The notes beneath the pieces are model-generated. The model worked only from the letters and a program-made list of their open reading frames with translations, searched no databases and was not told the origin of the DNA. 64,000 nucleotides of DNA from Syntrophorhabdaceae bacterium (lineage in GTDB: Bacteria > Desulfobacterota > Syntrophorhabdia > Syntrophorhabdales > Syntrophorhabdaceae), in assembly GCA_963665295.1 (NCBI GenBank), contig OY762209.1, positions 4,480,001 to 4,544,000 on the forward strand, given 5' to 3'. Position numbers and translations under genes: made by a program. Positions 1 through 8,047 of the stretch are shown piece by piece. Positions within the stretch are counted from its first letter, which is position 1. Every line of letters begins with the position of its first letter.

Positions 1-2
1 TC

Positions 3-164
3 ATTCTTCAGGCCGAAACCCTGAGGAAGGTCTATCCCGGTATACCGGTCCTCATCATGGAAGGCGATATCGTGGACATCAGTTCCTACAATGAAGCGGA
101 TACCCATAACAGGATCGATGCCTTTATCGAAACCCTGGAAGCTTACAAGACAAGACGCAGCTAA
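3..164 (+). CDS. 3' end of a 2-hydroxyacyl-CoA dehydratase D-component / benzoyl-CoA reductase subunit family protein (partial)
   Basis: Manual translation ILQAETLRKVYPGIPVLIMEGDIVDISSYNEADTHNRIDAFIETLEAYKTRRS* matches the typical P-L-EGD...RIDAFIE C-terminus of HgdA/B-BcrB/C-type proteins. Confidence 0.75.
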   Translation: MLQAETLRKVYPGIPVLIMEGDIVDISSYNEADTHNRIDAFIETLEAYKTRRS

Positions 165-223
165 GGCGTCGGCTTACATCCTCCTCACGGGGGTGCAAGT
201 TTTACATATATAACAGCCTTTCC

Positions 224-249
224 CCCGGGCCCCTTAAGAGGGGTCCGGG
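224..249 (+). terminator. 11-bp GC-rich hairpin, possible terminator or processing stem (no U-tract)
   Basis: CCCGGGCCCCT-TAAG-AGGGGTCCGGG with one G-U pair, 60 nt after the upstream stop. Confidence 0.35.
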
Positions 250-438
250 AAGGCCCCAGGAAGGCCCCAGGCCGCTCATATTCATCGTACCCACATACCA
301 CCCCACCCCCATCGCGCCCGAGGCCTACGGAACGCCTCGCAGGCCAACACACCGGGCGACGTCCGCCCGTCCCTCCCTCATCGACACTCCGCGTCCAGAG
401 CAAACACCCCTTCGTCCGCAGGGCGAGCCTCTTCTCCA

Positions 439-468
439 TTGCGATTGCGGGGGAATTTTTGGTAGAAT
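439..468 (+). promoter_or_regulatory. Putative sigma70 promoter of the 552..857 gene
   Basis: TTGCGA(439-444)-18 nt-TAGAAT(463-468) with extended -10 TGn. Confidence 0.5.
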
Positions 469-551
469 GAAGAGTGTAGTTATTGCCGGTTCGTGGCGAA
501 CGCCGTTTTCCCACCGCACCGGCCACAAAGAAACAACCAGGGAGGAACGTC

Positions 552-857
552 ATGTCACTGTTTCCCGTTATAGGCTGAGTTACCTGAGGCGATTGCGAAC
601 CACCGACAGTTAGTCGGCGCATGTTAAGGTTTGTTGACGGCACGCAGGCCGCTGTCAATGGTTTGGACGAAATAATGGTCGAGCTATACTCCGAAGACAG
701 GCAGGCAAACGAGGAGACCGCCGAGGAGATCATCCAAAGGTTGGAGGCCCAAAAGAACCACATCCCATCCTCGGATCGTGTCCGGAGGGAGTACGCTTAC
801 GTCCTTCTGAAAGAATATCGGGAGTACGTGGAGGAGCGAAAGGGAAGCAAACCGTAA
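552..857 (+). CDS. Candidate 101-aa selenoprotein with UxxUxxC motif (TGA at 576-578 and 585-587)
   Basis: RBS GGAGGA 541-546 and ATG 552 are in frame with ORF 621..857: MSLFPVIG-U-VT-U-GDCEPPTVSRRMLRFVDG...GLDEI...NHIP...EYAYVLLKEY; SECIS-like hairpin directly downstream; selB in window. Confidence 0.75.
594..621 (+). promoter_or_regulatory. Putative bacterial SECIS element
   Basis: TGCG(594-597)..CCGAC(603-607)-loop AGTTA(608-612)-GTCGG(613-617)-CGCA(618-621); G at loop position 2 followed by U; loop is 29 and 20 nt from the two TGAs. Confidence 0.7.
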
Positions 858-938
858 TGAAGCCCGTTTTGGCGGCGACGTCTTTGTCGTCGTCATTGTC
901 AGGGGTCGAGGAACCCCCGCAGCCGCGGACTTTTCAAT

Positions 939-2645
939 TCATCGCCCCGCGATTCTAAATCCGTCGGAAAGATCGGGGCCTCGCCCCTCCAGGCCTGGCT
1001 TGAGAGCGTTAGTACACGGCAGGGGTGCATACCAGCACACAGCCGGTGCGCGGGGCACCACTGAAACGCAGAGATTTCGGACACACCTCACCGGGACGTC
1101 AACGGTGGTGTACTTCCCCGGAGTCAGAAGGCGATGAGCGAACCACCGGGGGTCCGAGTCTCTGAGATACGAAACGGCATCCCGGCTTATATGAAGACCC
1201 CACACAAACACAAATATCATGAGTATCGCGCGAAAGGGCTTTGATACGAAAAGGCCGGGCGTGATGTGCGTTACAGAGATGTACACGGCCACGGACACGG
1301 AGACGCATAGGAAACCATAGCCGAAGCGATGGTCCGGCGCAGAGAAAAACCAAAAAATTACACCTGCATAGGAGATGGCCCAGACGACAATCTCGTCCAA
1401 GTCCTGTTTTATTCTTCTCCAATGCAGCAGCAGGACCAGAGGGGAAAGGGATGCCAGAATAAAGATCAGTTTATCGATAGACCTGCATTCATCGTACCAA
1501 GCCGGGAACCAACCGAGCAAGGGAAGTGAAAGGGGTTTCATGGGGTCTCCCGGTATAGGAATTCTTGTCCACGCGCGGATGAAGTCCCTTGCATATACGA
1601 CGTCGACCTTCGGGACCTTCCAGTCGAAGGTGAAGATGTCAAGGGACGGAAAAGGGAAAACCAGGTAGCCCGAAAGGATAATGTTTCTTACAATCCAAGG
1701 TGTTAAGATCACAAAAGCCGCGACTGTGGCCCAGCAGAGGTGCTTCTTTGTCAGCGAGTGCCGGCACAGAAACAAAAGGTACGGGACGATCAGAACCACG
1801 GGAAAGATGGACAGCTTCACGGTGACGCTGAAAAAGGCCAGGCAGATAAGGCTGAAGTAGCAAAAATCATAGCGGATACCGGTGTCGGACTTTTGTCTGA
1901 AAAGAAAGCAGAGAGCTATGAACCACACGAGAAATGTCGCAAGAGGGTCCGGGGTGGGAGACGGAATCCGGTAATGGTCGCCGACAAGGCGGAACAGGAA
2001 GTAGAAGAGGATTCCGCAGATCACGCCATAGCTCTTTGTGCGATTACCGGAGCAAGTCAAATAAGAGACCAGGGAAAATGAAAACAGCATGTGCAAAAAG
2101 CCGTTAAGCACATGGAAGGGACCCGTCTTCAGGAATGAAAATCCGAAAAGGGCACATGGCAAAAAGAATGTCGAATTAAAGGCGAGGCGGTCGTGCAGGT
2201 TCCCAAGCCCTTTCACGGCCTTATATTTCTCGATCCATTGAACTGTCTGGGCGTGATAGAGCCCCGAATCAAACATGGATGGCGGTAAAGCCGAGTACAA
2301 AATGATTGCCACGAGACACGGTAACCAAAGAAGCCAGGTCGTCCCGGTCGCACTTATCCTGAATGCGTTCCCAATGGCGGACATGGCGTGGTGCCGATCG
2401 ATCACAAGATAGGCAATGCCCGTCACGAGGAGGAATATATTGACCTCCACACCTATTGCGACAAAGATCGACAGAAAACCAAGGATCACCGTAATCAGAC
2501 AAAAACCTACGACGCTTAACAGGTCAAGGCGGGGGGCCTCACCGATTTCAACCACACCTGCCCTCGTCAGGATTCTGTATGCAGCGACGCCATAGGTCAG
2601 AGTCAGGAAGAAGGCATACAATGATATTAAACAACTCGCAAGCAT
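939..2645 (-). CDS. Polytopic membrane protein (LIC_10190-like, possibly GT-C fold), 568 aa
   Basis: Many TM segments; motifs DSGLYH, GLGNLHDRLAFNS, SPTPD, TVKLS, SGYLVFP, APDHRFG. Confidence 0.7.
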   Translation of the reverse strand: MLASCLISLYAFFLTLTYGVAAYRILTRAGVVEIGEAPRLDLLSVVGFCLITVILGFLSIFVAIGVEVNIFLLVTGIAYLVIDRHHAMSAIGNAFRISATGTTWLLWLPCLVAIILYSALPPSMFDSGLYHAQTVQWIEKYKAVKGLGNLHDRLAFNSTFFLPCALFGFSFLKTGPFHVLNGFLHMLFSFSLVSYLTCSGNRTKSYGVICGILFYFLFRLVGDHYRIPSPTPDPLATFLVWFIALCFLFRQKSDTGIRYDFCYFSLICLAFFSVTVKLSIFPVVLIVPYLLFLCRHSLTKKHLCWATVAAFVILTPWIVRNIILSGYLVFPFPSLDIFTFDWKVPKVDVVYARDFIRAWTRIPIPGDPMKPLSLPLLGWFPAWYDECRSIDKLIFILASLSPLVLLLHWRRIKQDLDEIVVWAISYAGVIFWFFSAPDHRFGYGFLCVSVSVAVYISVTHITPGLFVSKPFRAILMIFVFVWGLHISRDAVSYLRDSDPRWFAHRLLTPGKYTTVDVPVRCVRNLCVSVVPRAPAVCWYAPLPCTNALKPGLEGRGPDLSDGFRIAGR

Positions 2646-2848
2646 GACTATTAGGGGTTTGCTTTGCAGACTGACTGGGATTTGCTCTTCACCATGGACT
2701 TCATATTAACTTCGTAAGAATGTAATTGTCAACGCGAAAGCACCGACCTGCGGCCGTAGCAGGAGCATTTGGCGGGCCTGTCCGTTCGTGTGTATCAGCC
2801 GGCATAAAAAAGCGGCAGTCGAAGAAAGGAAGACAGCTTGAAGGTGGG

Positions 2849-3394
2849 TCAGTTCCGGGAGCTAACCGGTTTCATTTCAAGGGTATCAATCCAATTAGCC
2901 TTGTCAAATCGATGGATGTCGATGGCGAGCCCTCCGTCACGCAATTTTCTCGGCACCGTGACGAAAGCAACCGGGGCAATGCCGTCTCCTTTATCTTTGG
3001 ATATCAATACGCCCTGATGCCCCGGGTCATCCTCGCTGGTCAGGTCGTATATCCTGAAACCGGTTTTCATCAGTTCCGACAACACCTCTGCCACGTCATT
3101 CGGGTCCGTCTCGGTATAATCGGACAGGACCGACATAAAGGCTTTTTCAAGCAACAACTGGAACCCGTTCACAGAGTCTCCAGACTGTACGAAAGGAAAC
3201 AGGGTCATATAAGAATTGTACCCTCTTTCTTTTGCCGGGTCTGTCAGGCGAACCCGCTTTAATCTGTAGGGTGATGGCTTACCGTGAGTCGTGGTTTGAG
3301 GAATCTCATTCAGCTTCGCGAATTCCGCCCTGCAAATAAGTAAGTGGGTTGGATCGAACTCTCCAGCCCACTTACTTATTACTTGTCGTCTCAT
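2849..3394 (-). CDS. Hypothetical protein (~181 aa)
   Basis: Open frame; ATG 3394 lies 10 nt after TGn-TATAGT (the track's GTG at 3406 overlaps that -10); no family recognised. Confidence 0.6.
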   Translation of the reverse strand: MRRQVISKWAGEFDPTHLLICRAEFAKLNEIPQTTTHGKPSPYRLKRVRLTDPAKERGYNSYMTLFPFVQSGDSVNGFQLLLEKAFMSVLSDYTETDPNDVAEVLSELMKTGFRIYDLTSEDDPGHQGVLISKDKGDGIAPVAFVTVPRKLRDGGLAIDIHRFDKANWIDTLEMKPVSSRN

Positions 3395-3429
3395 AGTTGT
3401 CTTCACTATATCATTTCGAAACGAACCGG

Positions 3430-3472
3430 GGTCTATCGGCTTTCCGGAGACCGGGTCAAGTCCGATATGACC
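3430..3472. repeat. Imperfect palindrome / REP-like hairpin
   Basis: GGTCTATCGG-CTT-TCCGG-AGA-CCGGG-TC-AAG-T-CCGATA-T-GACC nested inverted repeat. Confidence 0.4.
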
Positions 3473-3521
3473 ATATCATAATGAGACAGCTAGTGATCCC
3501 TAATCGTCTTACTCTGAATGG

Positions 3522-3995
3522 TTAGTTTTTTGGATCATTTACCTCCATTACATGGTCAAACACCTTCAAGGACAACTCACCGACCTTGGCGATATCTTTG
3601 CCGATATTCTCCATTACATCATATTCTATGGCCATTGCCGACACGAATTCCAGAAGCTCATATAATTTTGCCTTCGATTCCATAAAAGTGTCTTCGTCGG
3701 CTGAAGCAACTTTGACTATGGCGTCCAGAAAATCCTTAACCGCCAGAAACATTGAGCCGAATCTTGCCAAGACTTCCTTCGGACATTCCTGGATACAGGT
3801 TTTTATCAACTCCAGCTTCATGGTCATGGCTTTCTCGCTTCCCGCACCTACACCGGCCGCCAGTGCCGTAAACACGTCACCTAATAGTGCAAAAAGAGAT
3901 CCGATTGCCGCATCCCTTTCAGGGTCTGTCAGTATCAAGTCAATACTGCTCTGAATAACCTCCGACACCTTCATTTCTCTGTTCTCTACTGCCAT
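3522..3995 (-). CDS. Hypothetical all-helical acidic protein, 157 aa
   Basis: Strong RBS AAGGAGG upstream of ATG; protein-like composition; no family recognised. Confidence 0.7.
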   Translation of the reverse strand: MAVENREMKVSEVIQSSIDLILTDPERDAAIGSLFALLGDVFTALAAGVGAGSEKAMTMKLELIKTCIQECPKEVLARFGSMFLAVKDFLDAIVKVASADEDTFMESKAKLYELLEFVSAMAIEYDVMENIGKDIAKVGELSLKVFDHVMEVNDPKN

Positions 3996-4183
3996 TCTGG
4001 GCCTCCTTTAATATTGGATTATACCTTAACTTTCACAAGGACACGCACTGCTGTCCAAAATACCGCAGATCCCCCGATTGCCTTTCGTAAAACCAGTGGG
4101 TAGTACAGACAAAACTGTCCTTTTTGATGGCGACGCAGTATTGGCGGATAGGATTCTTCTAATTTTTTTTCAATAAGATGAGT

Positions 4184-4483
4184 TCATACAGTGCGTACGG
4201 TGTTTCTTTCAACTTTCCAGCAAAGCCTTATTGAAATCTGTCGTTGATCTCCTTCCGTTTCTAATAACCCACCCTCTTCGTTTACTTTTTGAAGTCTCTC
4301 TACCGTGGGTACATTACTGAGCCTCCCGGACTCCTCACTGATCATTCGCCAAGAAAACCTCATCGGTTTCTCTGACCCTACGAACTCTTGAGATTGCGGC
4401 TCTTTTCCAACGACAGATACTGAGTGTGATCCGGACAGGTAAAGCTCATTGGCTGTCCCGTCATCAATCCGCTCAAGATGCAC
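4184..4483 (-). CDS. Hypothetical protein, 99 aa
   Basis: GTG start with GGAGG RBS; upstream TTGACT-18-TACAAT promoter-like motif near 4611-4640. Confidence 0.4.
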   Translation of the reverse strand: MHLERIDDGTANELYLSGSHSVSVVGKEPQSQEFVGSEKPMRFSWRMISEESGRLSNVPTVERLQKVNEEGGLLETEGDQRQISIRLCWKVERNTVRTV

Positions 4484-5373
4484 CCGACCTCCACGTCCTT
4501 AACGGTTGATGCTCACCAATGTTCTCACAACCTTCCCTCAGCGCCACATCTGCTGGAAAGATGACAATCAATCTTCGCAGGTCCACCCCATCGCAACAGG
4601 TAGACGTATGATTGTATTATCCCACAAACAAAAGAGTCAAGCCAATTGTGCAAATATTTTCCGGAGGGGCAAATTCGGACGTATTTTCACCATTTTCGTC
4701 GTCCTCCGGTCCATTTCCGCCTTCAGCGAGAAGCGGGTAACGAGTGTTTTTTCTGCACAATCTCCATCTGTTTCGTTCCTGTTTTAACCCTTTATTGGTC
4801 TTTCAGACAGTCCTTGTAAAAAAACGGTGATACACAGAATAAGGTCGCAGAGGTGAAGCGGACCCTGTCCGTTTCTAGAGCCGCTCAACGACTCATGAGA
4901 CATAAATGTAAACGCCCCAGGGACAGTTATTATCACTTTCACGCGGAAGTATCGACGGATGTCTTGGAGAGAACAGACAATGTAGTTTAAGGACCATGGA
5001 AACAAGGGGACACAGGGGTCCCGAAATGACAAAGTGTGACCTGTCTCCCAAAATGGCCCGTCAACACCTCATATGATGGCCGGAAATGAAGGCAAAGCAT
5101 CGTTCCTTGCAGCCCGATCATACCCATAACTTGGCCAAAGAGATCGAGAAGCCATCAATATGGTGTCCAAAGAACCGGGTCACATCCAACGCTTTCTTTT
5201 TCGCCTTTACTCTACTTCCCTGATATGCCATAGTGTGATCGAGGGCCGCGGCTGGATTCCCTGATATCACTAGAAGTTGGCGCCCGGAACAGATAGGCCG
5301 CCAGAATAACCCGCGAGGCATTTCCTGGTGGCTGCCACAGATATAACGGTTGTTCGCTTTGAGGGAGGTTAAT

Positions 5374-6576
5374 GTGAGGCACTATCGTCGACTCGCCATA
5401 GCACTACTGGCATTCGTATTTTCCGGGGCCTTCACCTGTCTCGCCGGGGGCGATAAGGCCGATGACCGGTCCCCAAAACCGACTGTTACGATAGACATGA
5501 GCTATGGCCGGGCAAAGCTGGAGGCTCCAGGAGTCCTGTCAGCCTGGCTCGTTTATGGTTTCGCACGAGAGTATTTTCGGAATGAAGGCTTTCTTAAGGA
5601 AAACCCCGGAGTCCGTGAATATCGATATAGTTTCAAGGAGGAGCTTGAGTCGAGAAAGGCACTTGCACAGATGTGGCAAGGATTTCAAAAGGACAAGCCC
5701 GAGATCAGAGACGATTATCTGGATGCTCTGGTGAGGGTCTACAAGGCAGACTTTCTCTCCGAGTATGTCTGGTACTTCTTCCGGGACTCCGGCTGGGGCG
5801 ATCCTCCCGACACCTTGAGGCTTAAGGTTTTTGACGAATGGCGTTCTCAGCATATTGCAAATCACACAGTAGAGACTGTCGTGTACCCGGGCAAACGCGG
5901 CGGGGATAAGAAAAGAGATGCGAAGGTGAACGGTCCCTCTAGTACCACCGTATTTGTTCCAGGCTATTCTCCGCCTCAAAATGACGCGGCAAAGGAGCAT
6001 TATCGCAAGGGCCTCCAGCATCAGAATAATAAGGAGTACGATTCGGCGATCAGCGAGTATCTGAAAGCCATCGAGGCAGATCCGGATTTTACGGACGCCA
6101 TGGACAACTTAGGTCTTAACTATCGCGCATCGGGCAGATACGACGAGGCAGAGCGCTGGTATAATAAGTCTCTGTCGGTTCGGCCGAAAAACAAGGCAGC
6201 ACTCGGGAATCTGGCAGTTCTCTACAGGCTGAAGGGTGAATCCGAGAAAGCGGTGAGTCTTTACAAGAAGGTAATTGAGGTTGAACCCCAAGACCCTGAA
6301 GGGTATTACGGCCTGGGTGGCGTTCTTTATCAAAGGGGTGATTTCGACGAATCTATAAAATATCTGGATTATGCAATCGACAGATATAAGAAGCAAAACT
6401 CTCCTTATCTATATCATGCGTACTTCGCACAAGGATTAAACTATTTCAAGCTCAAGGGTTTCCGAAAAGCGGTCGAGTACTTGGAACTGGCCCAGTCGGG
6501 GATGCCGGATGACCCGAAGGTTAAGGAAGGGCTGGGGGAGGCAAAAAGGCAATTGGCGAAGGAAACCGTCCGGTAA
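5374..6576 (+). CDS. Exported tetratricopeptide-repeat protein with uncharacterised N-terminal domain
   Basis: RBS GGAGG before GTG 5374; signal peptide; about 5-6 TPR repeats in the C-terminal half. Confidence 0.85.
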   Translation: MRHYRRLAIALLAFVFSGAFTCLAGGDKADDRSPKPTVTIDMSYGRAKLEAPGVLSAWLVYGFAREYFRNEGFLKENPGVREYRYSFKEELESRKALAQMWQGFQKDKPEIRDDYLDALVRVYKADFLSEYVWYFFRDSGWGDPPDTLRLKVFDEWRSQHIANHTVETVVYPGKRGGDKKRDAKVNGPSSTTVFVPGYSPPQNDAAKEHYRKGLQHQNNKEYDSAISEYLKAIEADPDFTDAMDNLGLNYRASGRYDEAERWYNKSLSVRPKNKAALGNLAVLYRLKGESEKAVSLYKKVIEVEPQDPEGYYGLGGVLYQRGDFDESIKYLDYAIDRYKKQNSPYLYHAYFAQGLNYFKLKGFRKAVEYLELAQSGMPDDPKVKEGLGEAKRQLAKETVR

Positions 6577-6737
6577 CCCCGGGAACGGCTGAGGGATATT
6601 GCGCCGTGTATGGCCGGGACCTGTTGTGGTGCCTAGGTGAATAAATCTTCCGATACGAAAACGAAGCATAACGCTTCCGCCGTATTAGACTTACGGGTTA
6701 AGTCACAAATACTGATAAGGGTTTAAGAGTTAAAGAG

Positions 6738-6824
6738 CGGAGGGAGTAGGATTCGAACCCACGGGGCGCTTGCACGCCCAACGGTTTTCAAGACCGCCGC
6801 TTTCGGCCGCTCAGCCATCCCTCC
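6738..6824 (-). tRNA. tRNA-Ser, anticodon TGA, long variable arm, CCA not encoded
   Basis: Reverse complement GGAGGGATGGCTGAGCGGCCGAAAGCGGCGGTCT-TGA-AAACCG...GTGGGTTCGAATCCTACTCCCTCCG; 7-bp acceptor stem, TTCGAAT T-loop, discriminator G. Confidence 0.95.
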
Positions 6825-6907
6825 GTTTAGATCAACTGGAAACGGGCAAACCGTTCAACCACCCGCTCCTCGTATTTTTGACTTTATACCGCGTTCTCCC
6901 TAATTCA

Positions 6908-7894
6908 CTACCACTTTATCAGGCTGCTGCCCCACGTGAGACCGCCTCCGAACGCCGTCAGAAGAACCAGTTTGTCTTTCGTGATCGTGTTGTCCCTCAC
7001 TGCTTCATCAAGGGCAATCGGCACCGTGGCGGAAGATATGTTTCCATACTTCTCAATCGTCATATAGATTTTCTCCATCGGTACTTTCAACTTTTTTGCC
7101 ATCCCCTGAAGTATCCTCAAGTTAGCCTGATGAGGAATAATCACATCCACATCGTCAAGGGTCCGTCCGTTAAACTCCACCGCCTCCTCACAGGCTTCCG
7201 CAAATCTCGTCACCGCAACCTTAAAGGATTTGTTCCCCTCTATCAGTTTAAGGAAGTGAAGCCCCTTATCAACACTCTCGTAAGATATGGGGGTCGTCTT
7301 GGAACCGCCCCCCGGCATAAGCAGGGTATCGCCGTTCGCACCGTCAGTGTGGACGTGGGTGGAGAGCACTTCCGGACCGCTGCTCGTTTCCGTAACGATT
7401 GCAGCGCCGGCCCCGTCTCCCCAAAGAATACAGCTTTCCCTCTCCTTCCAGTTCACGACCCGCGTCATGATCTCTCCCGCGGCGACAAGGGCAGTTTTGT
7501 ACGCACCGGACTGTATCAACTTGTCCGCCACGTGAAGCGCGAATATGAAACCGGAGCACGCGGCGGTGATATCGAAAGAAAGGGCCTTCGTGCATCCCAG
7601 TTTTGCCTCCAGCCAGTTCGCACCTGAAGGGCAACAGGTGTCGGGCGTAATTGTGGCCAATACGATAAGGTCGATGTCGTCCGTTTTCAGTCCCGCCATC
7701 TCCAGAGCCCGTTCGCTCGCGACCTTGCAGAGATCCGATGTTCCCGTTTCGGGGTCCGCAATCCTGCGGGCCCTGATGCCTGTTCTCGTAAAAATCCATT
7801 CATCCGAAGTATCGAGAAATTTCTCTATATCAAAATTTGTCAAAACCTTCTCGGGAAGATATGATCCTGTGCCGACAATCCCAACCCTCTTCAT
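6908..7894 (-). CDS. fabH: 3-oxoacyl-ACP synthase III
   Basis: AACSGF, PHQANLRI, GNISSA and AFGGGLTWG motifs. Confidence 0.95.
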   Translation of the reverse strand: MKRVGIVGTGSYLPEKVLTNFDIEKFLDTSDEWIFTRTGIRARRIADPETGTSDLCKVASERALEMAGLKTDDIDLIVLATITPDTCCPSGANWLEAKLGCTKALSFDITAACSGFIFALHVADKLIQSGAYKTALVAAGEIMTRVVNWKERESCILWGDGAGAAIVTETSSGPEVLSTHVHTDGANGDTLLMPGGGSKTTPISYESVDKGLHFLKLIEGNKSFKVAVTRFAEACEEAVEFNGRTLDDVDVIIPHQANLRILQGMAKKLKVPMEKIYMTIEKYGNISSATVPIALDEAVRDNTITKDKLVLLTAFGGGLTWGSSLIKW

Positions 7895-8047
7895 TAAGAG
7901 TTCCTCCAGAAAATCTTCTGTCGCTTCCGCCTCGCGGCATATCCATCAATGCGTTAAGTAGAACAAAAAAGGCGGGAAGTTGTCAAGGGCTATATAACGA
8001 AAATATCACTTGACATAGTGCCTATATGTCTCTAAAACTGTTCCCTG

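Noticed and set aside
248..271. 11-bp tandem duplication GGAAGGCCCCA x2
   Set aside because: Only two units and no spacers; not CRISPR, no evident function
783..793. 11-bp exact copy (CGGAGGGAGTA) of the tRNA-Ser 3' end as an att site
   Set aside because: It is short, lies inside an apparently intact CDS (552..857), and there is no integrase; probably chance
621..857. 78-aa ORF start as given by the track
   Set aside because: There is no RBS at 621; the upstream in-frame ATG 552 has a GGAGGA RBS and SECIS support
6738..6824. tRNA as tRNA-Sec (selC), given selB and the TGA codons
   Set aside because: The anticodon is TGA (reads UCA, Ser), not TCA, and the acceptor stem is a normal 7 bp
7991..8000. 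TATATAACGA resembling a ModE half-site
   Set aside because: No matching second half-site and not near Mo genes; lies between divergent promoters
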